In this document: one piece after another, positions 19,857 to 29,505 of the stretch
Layout: every line of letters begins with the position of its first letter
Position numbering within the stretch: the first letter of the stretch is position 1
Assembly: GCA_963774265.1 (NCBI GenBank)
Contig: CAVZDU010000002.1
Coordinates: forward strand, 800,001 to 864,000
DNA length: 64,000 nt
Direction of reading: 5' to 3'
From: an uncultured Chloroflexia bacterium
GTDB taxonomy: Bacteria > Chloroflexota > Anaerolineae > CG2-30-64-16
Position numbers and translations under genes: made by a program
The notes under the pieces: model-generated
The model's database searches: none
The model's input: the letters and a program-made list of their open reading frames with translations, nothing else
Told to the model about the DNA's origin: nothing

Positions 19857-19963
19857 TCCGAACACTCACTTGAAAAACCAGCTTTCTTGTCTTGCGGAAG
19901 CGTCGGACACGCTCTCGACGGCTCCCTGCGTGCTCGCGCTTAGTTCAATGCAGCATTAGAGGC
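19857..19963 (+). repeat. Degenerate attC-like site
   Basis: TCCGAAC..CACTTGAA ... TTCAATGCAGC-ATTAGAG directly after the cupin stop. GCGCTTAGTTCAAT recurs at 17882-17895. Inner arms pair poorly. Confidence 0.35.
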
Positions 19964-20112
19964 AGCATACGCCCTTACCGCAGCCGCCTTACGTCATCCA
20001 GGTTTGCGCAGAGAGTACTTGGGGGAAGACAAGGGTGGTTCTCTATGCGCCACAGAATTCGGACATTCTTGTCAGCGCGATCCGTGAAGGCTTTCGCCAC
20101 AGAGGACTTGGA

Positions 20113-20631
20113 ATGGCCCTGCAAGTAGTCACCTCGCTCACACACTCCATCCGTCCCCTGACCCTCGCGTTCAATCGCAGCAGAGGGCTGTCACGGCTCG
20201 TCGCTCTGGTATCTCCAACTTGACCAGCATGCCTCCACGGCGCCCGTGCGGTGCACCAAGTTCTCGCACACGAAGGCCGGGATGCCGACCTGGCAGCGAT
20301 GATCGTTTGGGTCGAGATCCTGCCTGAAGACAGAGGGGCCGACGTCGAAGCTCTCGCGGGGGAGATGACCGATTCCCGGATCCGGTGGTTTCGCGATCCG
20401 TCGCGGCGCGCCGGTCGGGCCATCGCGGCTTCACTGGGCGCTACTGGCAAGGTTGCCTGGGATGTCTACCTCTTCTTCGATGCGGAAGCCGAATGGAAGA
20501 ACCGGCCTCCGATGCCTCGTCAATGGGTTCACCAGCTTGGTGACTCGTGGGCGGATTCGACGCGCCTCCGCTTCGGCGACCAGCTGGAACCGGAACTAAG
20601 GCGGCTTCTCAAGGACGTGCTCGGCCGGTGA
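20113..20631 (+). CDS. Probable selenoprotein with thioredoxin-like fold (UxxC)
   Basis: In-frame TGA at 20221-20223 joins ORFs 20035..20223 and 20251..20631 as RLVALVSPT-U-PAC; hairpin CACGG-CGC-CCGTG at 20236-20248; AGAGGA RBS before ATG 20113. Confidence 0.72.
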
Positions 20632-20736
20632 ATACCTGCCATCTGGCACAACTGGTATCAGGCAGCACCTTGAGATAGGCAAGATACTCAAAGGAGCGGC
20701 ATGGAACGGCCGCAACGCACACACAAAGGGGGAGGC

Positions 20737-21279
20737 ATGGAAGAAGGGCTTCAACATGATTCGCGCGCAGAGGGTGCTAGGGGCAGCGGTGCCCGCGCCA
20801 AAGGACTGGTATTCGGGTTAATCGCAGGCCTGGTGGCTACAATCGTGATCGATCTGATCTTGATGGGATATTTGCTGTTAAAGGGGCAACGAGCCGATGA
20901 CGGGTTCGCCCTCATCGGAGATACGACGGCGGGTTTCTTTTCCTTGTTCGGCATAGACGCGGCCGGTGGCGTTCTGTCGGGCGTGGTATGGCACTATCTG
21001 ATCGGCCTTGCCTTGGGCGTCATCTTTGGCGTAGCCGTGACCCGTATTGATGCTCTTCTCCTGAACTCTTTGAAGAAGGGCGTGGGGCTTGGTATTCTGT
21101 ACGCAGAGGTCATAAGTGTGCCGCTCCTTGTGATGCCGCCCATCATCTTGAAATGGACGGCATCTGCCGTGCTACAGTTGTTGGAATTCTACTTTTTCAT
21201 GCACGCGATGTGGGGCATGCTACTTGGGTTAATCGTGAGCTACGGTCTGCGTTCTGCAAGGGCGGCCCGGCAAGGATGA
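20737..21279 (+). CDS. Hypothetical membrane protein
   Basis: About 4 TM segments; G..AGL.AT, HY.IG...G..F and H.MWG..LG motifs; GGAGG RBS. Confidence 0.75.
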   Translation: MEEGLQHDSRAEGARGSGARAKGLVFGLIAGLVATIVIDLILMGYLLLKGQRADDGFALIGDTTAGFFSLFGIDAAGGVLSGVVWHYLIGLALGVIFGVAVTRIDALLLNSLKKGVGLGILYAEVISVPLLVMPPIILKWTASAVLQLLEFYFFMHAMWGMLLGLIVSYGLRSARAARQG

Positions 21280-21315
21280 TTCGGAACACCGAAGGCTGCT
21301 TCACTTGGAAGTGCT

Positions 21316-21414
21316 GCCTGACTACTCACCGGAGCCGACCCGGCCAGTCAGATCCTGGCTCCGGCACGACACCAGCCTTGGCTGGCCGGGCGGCTCAGTT
21401 CGACGCCGTTGGGC
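21316..21414 (+). repeat. attC-like integron cassette recombination site
   Basis: R'' GCCTGAC (degenerate); arms GAGCCGaCCCGGCCAG / CTGGCCGGGCGGCTC with an unpaired A; canonical R' GTTGGGC. Confidence 0.7.
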
Positions 21415-21502
21415 ATGACAGGAGGTAGGGAGAATGCAGTCTGAATACGGAATTGCGGCCCAGCGCAGCAGGCGCCCGATACTCGGCGTGCTCTCATTCG
21501 TC

Positions 21503-22388
21503 TCGGCGAGGAATGGCCCATCAGCTTCTGCACGGTCACCAGGCCGCTGCCGTTGTCGAGCAGATTGCCGGCGAACGTCCTCCGGAAGTCGGGCCATGTG
21601 AGCGGCCGCAGCCCGGCCTCCTCCCGCCGCTTCTCCAGGACCTCGGCCAGCGCCGCGCCGCTCAGCCCCTGCCCCGCCAGCCGCCGATCGCCCTTGTTGA
21701 TCGCCTCGAACAGCGGCCCCGACGACGGCCCGCGCACCGCCAGCCAGTCGACCAGGTACGCCGCCGCGCCGTCAAAGACGTACGCCACCCGGACCTTGTC
21801 GCCCTTGCCCCGGATGGTCAGGTCGCCCTCGTCCTCGCTCGTCGCCCGATAGTCGGCCAGCTGCAGCCCAGCCAACTCCGCGCGCCGCGCACCGGTGGCC
21901 CAGGCCAGGGCGATCAGGGCCGCGTCCCGCACGCCCGCGGTCTTCGGATCGCGCGCACAGGCCGACAGGAGCGCCATCAGCTCGCCGGCCGACAGATGTC
22001 GGCCCTTCTGGCCGCGCTGCCCGCGCACGTCGCCAACCGCCGCAATGCGCGCCGACTGCTCGACGATCTCGCGCCGCACGTCGGCAGGGAGCAATGGATC
22101 CTCCTGCGCCAGGTCCGCCAGGCGCCGGGCCCACCAGCGCACCGCCGCCAGCTTGCGGTTGATCGTCGTCGGCGAGCGGCCCAGATCCTGCAACTCGGCG
22201 GCGTGGGCCTCGACGAGGAGCCGGGTCAGCGGCCGGCCGGCGCGCCAGGCTTCGAAGGCGGCGAGATCGGCCAGGTAGCGCCGGCGGGTGTTGGGCGATT
22301 TGAGGCGCGGGTCGCGGGCGAGTTCGGCCGCGATGCGGGCGAGGGTGTCGTTCGACGAGGAGCGGGCGGGCAGCAGGGCGGCGTCCAT
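21503..22388 (-). pseudogene. Tyrosine recombinase (XerC-like) copy B, 3' truncated
   Basis: SAM-like N-terminus, TGARRAE and GKGDK present; WPDFRR has Pro in place of the H of H-x-x-R; homology stops after LMGHSSP, so the catalytic Tyr is absent. Confidence 0.85.
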
Positions 22389-22424
22389 GAGCACCTCGGA
22401 CAGAAGGCTGATAGATTGCGTCAA

Positions 22425-22497
22425 CTTGGATTTCTACAACTATCGGCGGCTCCATCAGGCGCCGGACTACGAAACGCCAGCTGCCCGCTACCATAGT
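22425..22497 (+). mobile_element. IS3-family OrfB C-terminal remnant
   Basis: LDFYNYRRLHQAPDYETPAARY matches the YN..R.H..L.Y.TP end motif. Confidence 0.55.
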
Positions 22498-22680
22498 CAA
22501 TCGGCCAAGTGTGCCTCTGATCTGCTTGCACCAGCTACATGACACGAGTCATTGCATCGAGCATTGGCGCATAGTAGTCTGTTGCATAATTGCATAATCG
22601 TGCCGGTGTTCGCCTGATTGCGCCACCACTCGCTAATGGACGGATCGCCGTCGGCTGTCTTTAGCAGCAAGAGGTGTCAA

Positions 22681-24609
22681 ATGAAGCCACCAGCGCTCAT
22701 ACTCCTTCCACTCGTTGTGCTCACGTCTCTGGTTCTCTTGGCTGCGGGCACACGGTCAGATGCCGAAGCGTTGTTTGTACGGCGCTATGTTGCTGCTCGG
22801 CTTGCCTCCCCGCCTGCCCCCTACTTGGAATACCGCATGTACGGAGGCTCAGTTGTGACAGATTCGGTCATGCCGCCGGTTCTGCCTAGTGGACGCGTGG
22901 ATTACGGAGCGGTCTTTGCACGTCATGACTTGTGCGCGCTAGCGACCGGAGGGCAGATCGATGAGGTTTGGATATGGGCGGGCAATGGTGATGGTGTGAG
23001 CAAAGGTCACATGTGGGAATGGACCACCTCGGGAGCCGACTGGTACGGTGATGCGCCAGACTGTGGCAAAGTACTCACCACGATGACCTTCAACTACCTG
23101 CGCGAAGTAGATGTAGCGCTCGAGAGCTTCAACCATCGACTGGAAGGTTTTTTCAGTCACTACTTTCCCTGCGACCTGTCTACGGCCACTTGGCCCTGGA
23201 CCGGTAGCACAGTGTGGCCCTTCAGTTCGTGCGGCAGCCTGTTAAGCGACAGGTATGGCTTTGTTGCCCGTCCCTTCTCGGGCAATGGCTATGTTGCTGG
23301 TTGTGGCGACGCCCACCATCCACCAAATATACTGACAGACGCAAGTTACGTTTACAACGATGCCAGCACGGTACAGACTATCTGCCCAACATGGAGTCAG
23401 GACGGCTCTGCCACACCAACCACCGTTAACTGCCAAGCCTGGGGATGTTCGCACTGGGGCTTTCATATCTGGTGGATGCAGAATGTGCCCGGCCTCAACA
23501 ATATCAACAGAGATCGAAGCGGTGGCCAACAGCGGAACTGGTGGTCCTATCTCTTTGGCCCCCCACCGTGGCCTTACACGGAGTACCTCCCACTTACATT
23601 GAATCGGCACACCGGCGGTGCAACGAGCGTCCCAAGCCGGCCCGTTTCTGCAAAACCGGTACCCGACCGTCAACTTGCCACAGAGCCGGCTCGACAATAT
23701 TCAGCCCGCATTAGCCCAAGCGCAGCAGTAGACAAGCCGGCGTTGCACTCCGGTTCCACATTGTCCTCGCTACCAGCGGTCACAACCCGCACCGTCTACG
23801 TGCTTTACTACCCGGGTTACGGCGGGACGCCGCGGGCTGATATAGGTCTGCTTACCAACGAGTTGATCGGCTTGCTAAAGGAAGCAGCAGTCTACCATGG
23901 CTACGAATACGACACGATTAGAGGCAGCTTCCTAGGCCAAGATGGAAGAAGCTATGCTGGACGTGACTGTGCTTCGGGCAACGCCCCAGATAACATCCAC
24001 ATCCATCTAGAGGGCCTGCGGTCTGGGGTAGCGGCGACAGGGTATCGCATCGAAGACCCAGCAGGAGGCGGTCTATGGGCCACGCCCTGCACCGGTCAGT
24101 CTGGTTGGCTGCTCTATGTCGTTGGGGGGACCGACGGCCAGGCAGAGTTGTACATCAAGCCGTTCCGGGACGCTCCAGATGGCACCAACTACGTGGTTAC
24201 AGTACAATACGACGACGGGAGCAGCGACTCGATTACGCTTGTCGGCTCGGCTGTCCAGACCCTTGTGGCGAGTTTCATCGGCCAGGATGGCGCTAGTTAT
24301 GCTGGTCAAGGATGCGCAGTCGGCACGAATCCGGACAATGTCCACATTCGCCTCTATGGTCTTAAGGGTGGGGCCCAACCGGTGAGTTATAGGGTGGATG
24401 ATTTCGCGGGTGGTGGAGTGTGGGCAACTCCATGCAACCCAGTCTCAAATTGGATGCTTTACGTCGGGCTCGCTCAGCCCGATCGAGCAGACCTCTACTT
24501 CAAGCCGTTCCGCGACGCCCCTTCCGGCACAATTTACACCGTGACCGTTCGCTATGGCGACGGATCGAGCCAGATCGTAAGTGTTACGGGGAATCGAGTG
24601 GTTCCATAG
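22681..24609 (+). CDS. Secreted hypothetical protein with two tandem C-terminal repeat domains
   Basis: Signal peptide; IDEVWIW core; internal YLPLTLNR; two ~115-aa repeats GQDG.SYAG..C..G..PDN.HI.L.GL...AGGG.WATPC...KPFRDAP.GT.Y.VTV.Y.DGSS. Confidence 0.75.
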   Translation: MKPPALILLPLVVLTSLVLLAAGTRSDAEALFVRRYVAARLASPPAPYLEYRMYGGSVVTDSVMPPVLPSGRVDYGAVFARHDLCALATGGQIDEVWIWAGNGDGVSKGHMWEWTTSGADWYGDAPDCGKVLTTMTFNYLREVDVALESFNHRLEGFFSHYFPCDLSTATWPWTGSTVWPFSSCGSLLSDRYGFVARPFSGNGYVAGCGDAHHPPNILTDASYVYNDASTVQTICPTWSQDGSATPTTVNCQAWGCSHWGFHIWWMQNVPGLNNINRDRSGGQQRNWWSYLFGPPPWPYTEYLPLTLNRHTGGATSVPSRPVSAKPVPDRQLATEPARQYSARISPSAAVDKPALHSGSTLSSLPAVTTRTVYVLYYPGYGGTPRADIGLLTNELIGLLKEAAVYHGYEYDTIRGSFLGQDGRSYAGRDCASGNAPDNIHIHLEGLRSGVAATGYRIEDPAGGGLWATPCTGQSGWLLYVVGGTDGQAELYIKPFRDAPDGTNYVVTVQYDDGSSDSITLVGSAVQTLVASFIGQDGASYAGQGCAVGTNPDNVHIRLYGLKGGAQPVSYRVDDFAGGGVWATPCNPVSNWMLYVGLAQPDRADLYFKPFRDAPSGTIYTVTVRYGDGSSQIVSVTGNRVVP

Positions 24610-24809
24610 TTTGACAGGGCAAGCATGCGCCACAGCGCGCGCTCCACTCTTGGATTCCATAGTGTAACGGGGCCGAATTGTTAGGCAGCAGACTTGGTGC
24701 CTTCGTCCGACTACACCGTTGCGAGTTGCGGGGATGCCGAACTCGATACTATCAAGACGTCGCGTACCCCAGTAACCAGCCTATAGCAGGCCGAGACGTG
24801 TCGAGTCAG

Positions 24810-24940
24810 CGGGGGTATGACGTATTTGCCGCTCAGGTCGAACGTCTCGTCATTCTTCGCGGGCCTTTGGCTGCGGAAGACGCCGCCTTCTGAATACATG
24901 GTCTTTTCGACGAATGTCCAGCCGCTCGTTGTCATTGCAT
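24810..24940 (-). pseudogene. Amidohydrolase N-terminal fragment
   Basis: FVEKTMYS.GGVF...DETFDLSGKYVIPP, after which homology is lost. Confidence 0.45.
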
Positions 24941-24966
24941 TGATCTGGTCAGTCTGGACTGCGGTT

Positions 24967-26493
24967 CTACTTTTTCTTTCCGGGCACGTAGTCCAGTGGC
25001 GCGCCAGCCGGGATCAACGGTTCGCGCTTGACGCTCTCCTGGAACTGCTTCAGGAGCTGGCCGACCGGTCCCATGACCCAGGTGTGCGCATACTGCGCAT
25101 TTACCGGCTCCCGCTCTTTGGGATCGGTGATCAGGTTGATGACGTGCGGGGTACCGAGCGGCAGAGCAGCATCGAACAAGTACCGCTGCCGGACGAACAG
25201 CACCTTGAAGTTCCGCCACTTGACACCGTGCAGGCGTTCTCCTACCCAGACCAGGCAGCCTTCGCGGTTCGAGTTCCCCTGGCGTCCGAGGAAGAACGAT
25301 CTTTGATCGATGCCGTCGATTACCCGATCTTGCGGCACCTCGCACTCGGCCCACCCAAGCAGCGTCGGGAACATGTCCACCTGGTGCACCAGCTCATTGC
25401 TTGTGCCTCCGGCGGGCACCTGGCCGGGCCAGCGGATCAGGCAGGGCGTACGCAGGCCCCCCTCCGACGAAGTGAAGTAGGAACCTTCGAAGACGCCCGG
25501 CGATCCCCGGTAGAGGAGCATTTCCTCCGGCCCGTTGTCGCCGGCAAAGATGACAATCGTGTTGTCTGTGATCCCACTGCTCTCCACAAAGTCAAGGATT
25601 TCTCCAAGGTCCTGGTCCAGTTGCAGCAGGCAATCCGCGGCATCGCCATTGCGGCTCTTCCCCTTGAATGCTTCACGGGGAACCAGCGGCCAGTGCATCA
25701 GCGGGTGATTGTAGTACAGGAAGAACGGCCGGCCTGCATCCACACCCCGTTGCATGAAGTCGAAAGCCCGCCGTTTGTACTCCTGGTTGACATCGCGTTT
25801 GAGGGCAACGGTGAGCTGCTGATCTCGGCGCTCCCGGACCGGCTCTCCTTTGCGTCCCTCCAGCATGTAGGCGGCAGGCGCGACCTGTGGGTCGTACCAG
25901 GGATCATCCGGCCACAAGCACTCGTCATAGCTGCGGGGTGGGCCGTACCACTCGTCAAAGCCGTGGTCCGTCGGCCAGCGCCCCTGCTCAGCGCCGATGT
26001 GCCACTTCCCGAAGCATGCCGTGGCGTAGCCGGCCGCGGAGAGCACCTCGGCCATCGTCCGTTCCCAGGCCACGATACCCCCTGCGTCGCCGCCCATCGT
26101 CGCCGTGTGGGTGCCGCTGCGGATCGCGTGGCGACCCGTCATCAGGGCCGACCGGGATGGCGAACACTGCGGCTCAGCGACGTAGTGCCAGAGCTGCAAG
26201 CCTTCTCGCGCGAACTGGTCAATCCGCCTGGTCTCTGCACCGCGAACCTTGCCTCCGCCGTAACAGCCCAATTCACCCAGGCCCAGGTTGTCAACGTGGA
26301 AATAGATGATGTTGGGTTTGAGAGACATGTTCGATTCTCCTTTGCTCTCGCCGGCAAGCGCCCGTGAGCGGCCAGGTAGAATGCTGGCGGCGCTGGCTGC
26401 GGCCGCTCCCAGCGCGGCGGACTTGAGAAACGTACGCCGCGTCATCCCGCCTTCGGGGTCCCGACTGCTGTTTCCCTTCACCCGTTGGCTCAT
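24967..26493 (-). CDS. Tat-exported arylsulfatase (Cys-type)
   Basis: TRRTFLK; PNII...DNLG; CSPSRSALMTGR (CxPxR); GKWHIG; DNG. Confidence 0.92.
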   Translation of the reverse strand: MSQRVKGNSSRDPEGGMTRRTFLKSAALGAAAASAASILPGRSRALAGESKGESNMSLKPNIIYFHVDNLGLGELGCYGGGKVRGAETRRIDQFAREGLQLWHYVAEPQCSPSRSALMTGRHAIRSGTHTATMGGDAGGIVAWERTMAEVLSAAGYATACFGKWHIGAEQGRWPTDHGFDEWYGPPRSYDECLWPDDPWYDPQVAPAAYMLEGRKGEPVRERRDQQLTVALKRDVNQEYKRRAFDFMQRGVDAGRPFFLYYNHPLMHWPLVPREAFKGKSRNGDAADCLLQLDQDLGEILDFVESSGITDNTIVIFAGDNGPEEMLLYRGSPGVFEGSYFTSSEGGLRTPCLIRWPGQVPAGGTSNELVHQVDMFPTLLGWAECEVPQDRVIDGIDQRSFFLGRQGNSNREGCLVWVGERLHGVKWRNFKVLFVRQRYLFDAALPLGTPHVINLITDPKEREPVNAQYAHTWVMGPVGQLLKQFQESVKREPLIPAGAPLDYVPGKKK

Positions 26494-26568
26494 GGTTGGA
26501 GACCTCCTTTCACCCTGGGTGTCCCTGACACACCTGCGTCATCCGCAGGTGGCGTGAACGCTGCAGCA

Positions 26569-27945
26569 TCAGCTGCGGGCTGGGCTCAGCGACCCGTGAC
26601 AGCGCTTCCATTTCTTTCCGCTGCCGCAGGTGCACGGCGCATTGCGCGACCGGCGTTGATCTTCGGCGGCATAGAGGCCCATGAGCTCGGCGGGAGCTCG
26701 GCGCTCGCGCAGGAGCTGCGCCATCGCATCCATCGGCCGTCGCACGTGTGTGAAGAACGCCTTGTAGCCGGGGCAGAGGTACTGCTGCCCCGGCTCACCG
26801 TACGGCGAGATCGCAAACCGGTCTTTCGGGCAACCGCCGTGGCAGGCGAACCGCACATCACAGTCGCGGCAGGTGGTCGTCAGCGTGTCACGTTTGTCGC
26901 GCCCGAAACTGCGCTGTCGCGGGAGGTTGGCTAGCTCCAGCATGTGCCTTTCCATGATGTTGCCGAGGAGGTAGCCGGGTTCGACATAGTGGTCGCAGGC
27001 GTAGAGGTCGCCGTTGTGTTCGAGCACGAGCTGCTGCCCGCACGTCTCAGCGAAGAAGCACAGCCCCCCGGGCTCGCGGCAGAAGTTCGCCAGGCTGGAG
27101 TCGAACATCTGCACGTAGACCGCGCCGATGTCGTGACGGACCCATTCCTCGAACACGTCGATCATGAACCGGCCGAACTGCTCGGGCCCGACCGAGCGCC
27201 GCGTGACCTGTGTGCCCTGTTGGGTGTACAGCGGGCGACCCGAAGGCTCGCCGCGACCCCAGCCGGCGTCCGCGATCTCGAGCGTCTCGGGAGTCGCCCG
27301 CTCGACGATCGGGATGAATTGGATGAATGTCGCGGCCAGCTCGTCCCGGAGGAAACGGTACACTGCGCCGCCGTGGTCCCCGTTGACCGCGTGGACGGTC
27401 GTCAGCACGTTCCAGTCGACGTGGTGCTTCTTCAGGACGTCCAGGCCGTGGATCACCCGGTCGAACGTTGGCCTGCCACCCTTGTCGACACGGTAGGCAT
27501 CGTGCATGTGCGGTGGGCCGTCGATGGAAATGCCGACGAGGAACCCGTTCTCCTTCAGAAACCGGCCCCAGTCGTCGGTGAGCAGTGTGCCGTTCGTCTG
27601 CAAAGTGTTGAGAATCCGCTGCCACGGCCGAGCGTACCGGCGTTCGAGTTCGATCGACCGGCGGAAGAAGTCCAGGCCCATCATCGTCGGCTCGCCGCCC
27701 TGCCAGGGCACGACGACTTCGGGCGTCCGCGCGTGCACCTCCAGCAACTGCCGGATGTAGGCCTCCTGCACCTTCTCGGTCATGCGGAGGACGCTGTCGG
27801 GGTAGAGGTGTTCCTTTGAGAGGAAGAAGCAGTACTGGCAGTCCAAGTTGCACGTCGCACCGGTGGGCTTCGCCATAACGTGGAAAGCCGGGGGAGCATC
27901 CCGCACGGTCAGAACCGGTGCGGCTGGGTGCATGTCAGCGTCCAT
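26569..27945 (-). CDS. Anaerobic sulfatase maturase (radical SAM/SPASM) with C-terminal SEC-C motif
   Basis: KP.GA.CNLDCQYC, WQGGEP, QTNG, ISIDG, YACDHY, C..C.....C.GGCPK and CTCGSGKKWKRCHG. Confidence 0.92.
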   Translation of the reverse strand: MDADMHPAAPVLTVRDAPPAFHVMAKPTGATCNLDCQYCFFLSKEHLYPDSVLRMTEKVQEAYIRQLLEVHARTPEVVVPWQGGEPTMMGLDFFRRSIELERRYARPWQRILNTLQTNGTLLTDDWGRFLKENGFLVGISIDGPPHMHDAYRVDKGGRPTFDRVIHGLDVLKKHHVDWNVLTTVHAVNGDHGGAVYRFLRDELAATFIQFIPIVERATPETLEIADAGWGRGEPSGRPLYTQQGTQVTRRSVGPEQFGRFMIDVFEEWVRHDIGAVYVQMFDSSLANFCREPGGLCFFAETCGQQLVLEHNGDLYACDHYVEPGYLLGNIMERHMLELANLPRQRSFGRDKRDTLTTTCRDCDVRFACHGGCPKDRFAISPYGEPGQQYLCPGYKAFFTHVRRPMDAMAQLLRERRAPAELMGLYAAEDQRRSRNAPCTCGSGKKWKRCHGSLSPARS

Positions 27946-28093
27946 GAGGCTGCAACCTTTATGATCAATGGTCTGGTCGAACCCGCGCATCCAGCGTACG
28001 GGGTTGGAGCGTCGACTGCCGAGAGAAAGACCATAGTGCGTCTGAGCGGACGATCCAATTTTAGCATATGCTCGTGACGATTTCAAGGGCGCG

Positions 28094-29488
28094 AATTGAC
28101 TCACGCCAAATCTTACTTTCCAAGGATCGTTGCCTCAGATCATAATCTTACCGGCGTGTCGTCACAGCCAAGACGAGGGGCCGGGGAGAATGTGAGGCAT
28201 GATGAGTCCGACAAGCAAGCGCGAGTTGCTGAAGGCGATCCGGCCACGCTATACGCTGGGCCAACGGCCGGCTAAGCAGCAGATTTTGGACGAATTTGTG
28301 GCGGCTACGGGCTACCACCGCAAGTATGCGATTCACTTGCTGAACCATCCGCCGCCGCGCAGCGTGGCCAGGCGGCGGCCGCGGCGCAGCAAGTATGGCG
28401 GCCGGGTGCAGGCGGCCCTCGAAAACGTGTGGCGCGTGGCCAACGGTATCTGCGGCAAACGCTTGGTCGCCGTCCTGCCCCACTACGTCGAGGCCCTGGA
28501 ACGGCATGGTGAGTTGGCGTTGGATCCCGAAACGCGGGGTTTGCTGCTGCAGATCAGTGCGGCCACGGCCGATCGGCTGCTCGTGCGGGCGCGGGCGGCG
28601 ACCAAGCCCCACGGCTTGGGTACGACCAAACCGGGGACGCTGCTGAAGGCGGCGATTCCCGTGCGGACGTTCGCCGAGTGGGACGATGCGCAGCCCGGCT
28701 TCATGGAAGTCGATTTGGTCGCCCACTGTGGCCCCAGCACGGCCGGCGAGTATCTCCATAGTCTGGATATGGTCGATGTCAAGACGCGCTGGGTCGAGTT
28801 AGCGGCCTTACGCAACCGCAGTCAAGCCACGGTGCTGGCCGCCCTGATCGACTGTCAGATCCGCTTGCCCTATCCCTTACGGGGCCTGGATTCGGATAAC
28901 GGCAGCGAATTCATCAACTACGACCTCAAACACTTCTGCGAACAGGAGCAGATCACCTTCACCCGTTGCCGACCCTACCAGAAAAATGATCAGGCCTATG
29001 TCGAGCAAAAGAACTGGACCGCCGTGCGCCAGCTCGTCGGCTACGAGCGCTACGAAGGTGACCGCGCCTGCACCGCACTGCAAGCCCTGTACCACGTCGT
29101 GCGCCTGTACCTCAACTTCTTTCAACCCGTCATGGTTCTGGTCGACAAGCAGCGCCTCGGCGCCCAGGTCAAAAAGCGGTATGATGTACCTAAGACACCC
29201 TACCAGCGGGTCCTGGAGGCCCCGGAGATCGATGCCGCCACCAAAGTGCGCTTACGCCAACTCTACGACACGCTCAACCCAGCCGAACTGCTACGCCAAA
29301 TCCAGCGCCGGCAAGCCGCGCTCTGGCAGCTCGCCTGTGCGCCGGCTGTGCCAGCCGTGCCGGGGGGAACCCAGGTTCCCCCCACCCCTCCTTAACCTTA
29401 ACAAGCGGCTACGTTTTGCCGCGGTAAAAGTAAGATCTCTTTATGAGGCAACGATAACCCTAAAGTAAGATTCTTACGTGAGGCAACA
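28094..29488 (+). mobile_element. Insertion sequence with imperfect IRs built from repeated TTG(A/C)CTCA..ATCTTAC units (ISNCY-like)
   Basis: Left end TTGACTCACG..ATCTTACTTT..ATCGTTGCCTCA..ATCTTAC mirrors right end GTAAGAT..TGAGGCAACGAT..AAAGTAAGAT..CGTGAGGCAACA; GGGCGCG occurs on both flanks. Confidence 0.8.
28199..29395 (+). CDS. DDE (integrase-core) transposase
   Basis: ILDEFVAATGYHRK.AI, PGF.EVDLVAH, DSDNGSEF and KNDQAYVEQKN. Confidence 0.9.
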   Translation: MMSPTSKRELLKAIRPRYTLGQRPAKQQILDEFVAATGYHRKYAIHLLNHPPPRSVARRRPRRSKYGGRVQAALENVWRVANGICGKRLVAVLPHYVEALERHGELALDPETRGLLLQISAATADRLLVRARAATKPHGLGTTKPGTLLKAAIPVRTFAEWDDAQPGFMEVDLVAHCGPSTAGEYLHSLDMVDVKTRWVELAALRNRSQATVLAALIDCQIRLPYPLRGLDSDNGSEFINYDLKHFCEQEQITFTRCRPYQKNDQAYVEQKNWTAVRQLVGYERYEGDRACTALQALYHVVRLYLNFFQPVMVLVDKQRLGAQVKKRYDVPKTPYQRVLEAPEIDAATKVRLRQLYDTLNPAELLRQIQRRQAALWQLACAPAVPAVPGGTQVPPTPP

Positions 29489-29505
29489 CGGGGCGCGCGA
29501 CTTAG

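Noticed and set aside
21348-22424. Recombinase as the integron integrase for the attC-like sites
   Set aside because: No IntI-specific insertion is visible and catalytic residues are missing; it resembles a generic XerC-like integrase.
24817-26367. 516-aa plus-strand ORF
   Set aside because: Antisense shadow of the arylsulfatase in GC-rich DNA.
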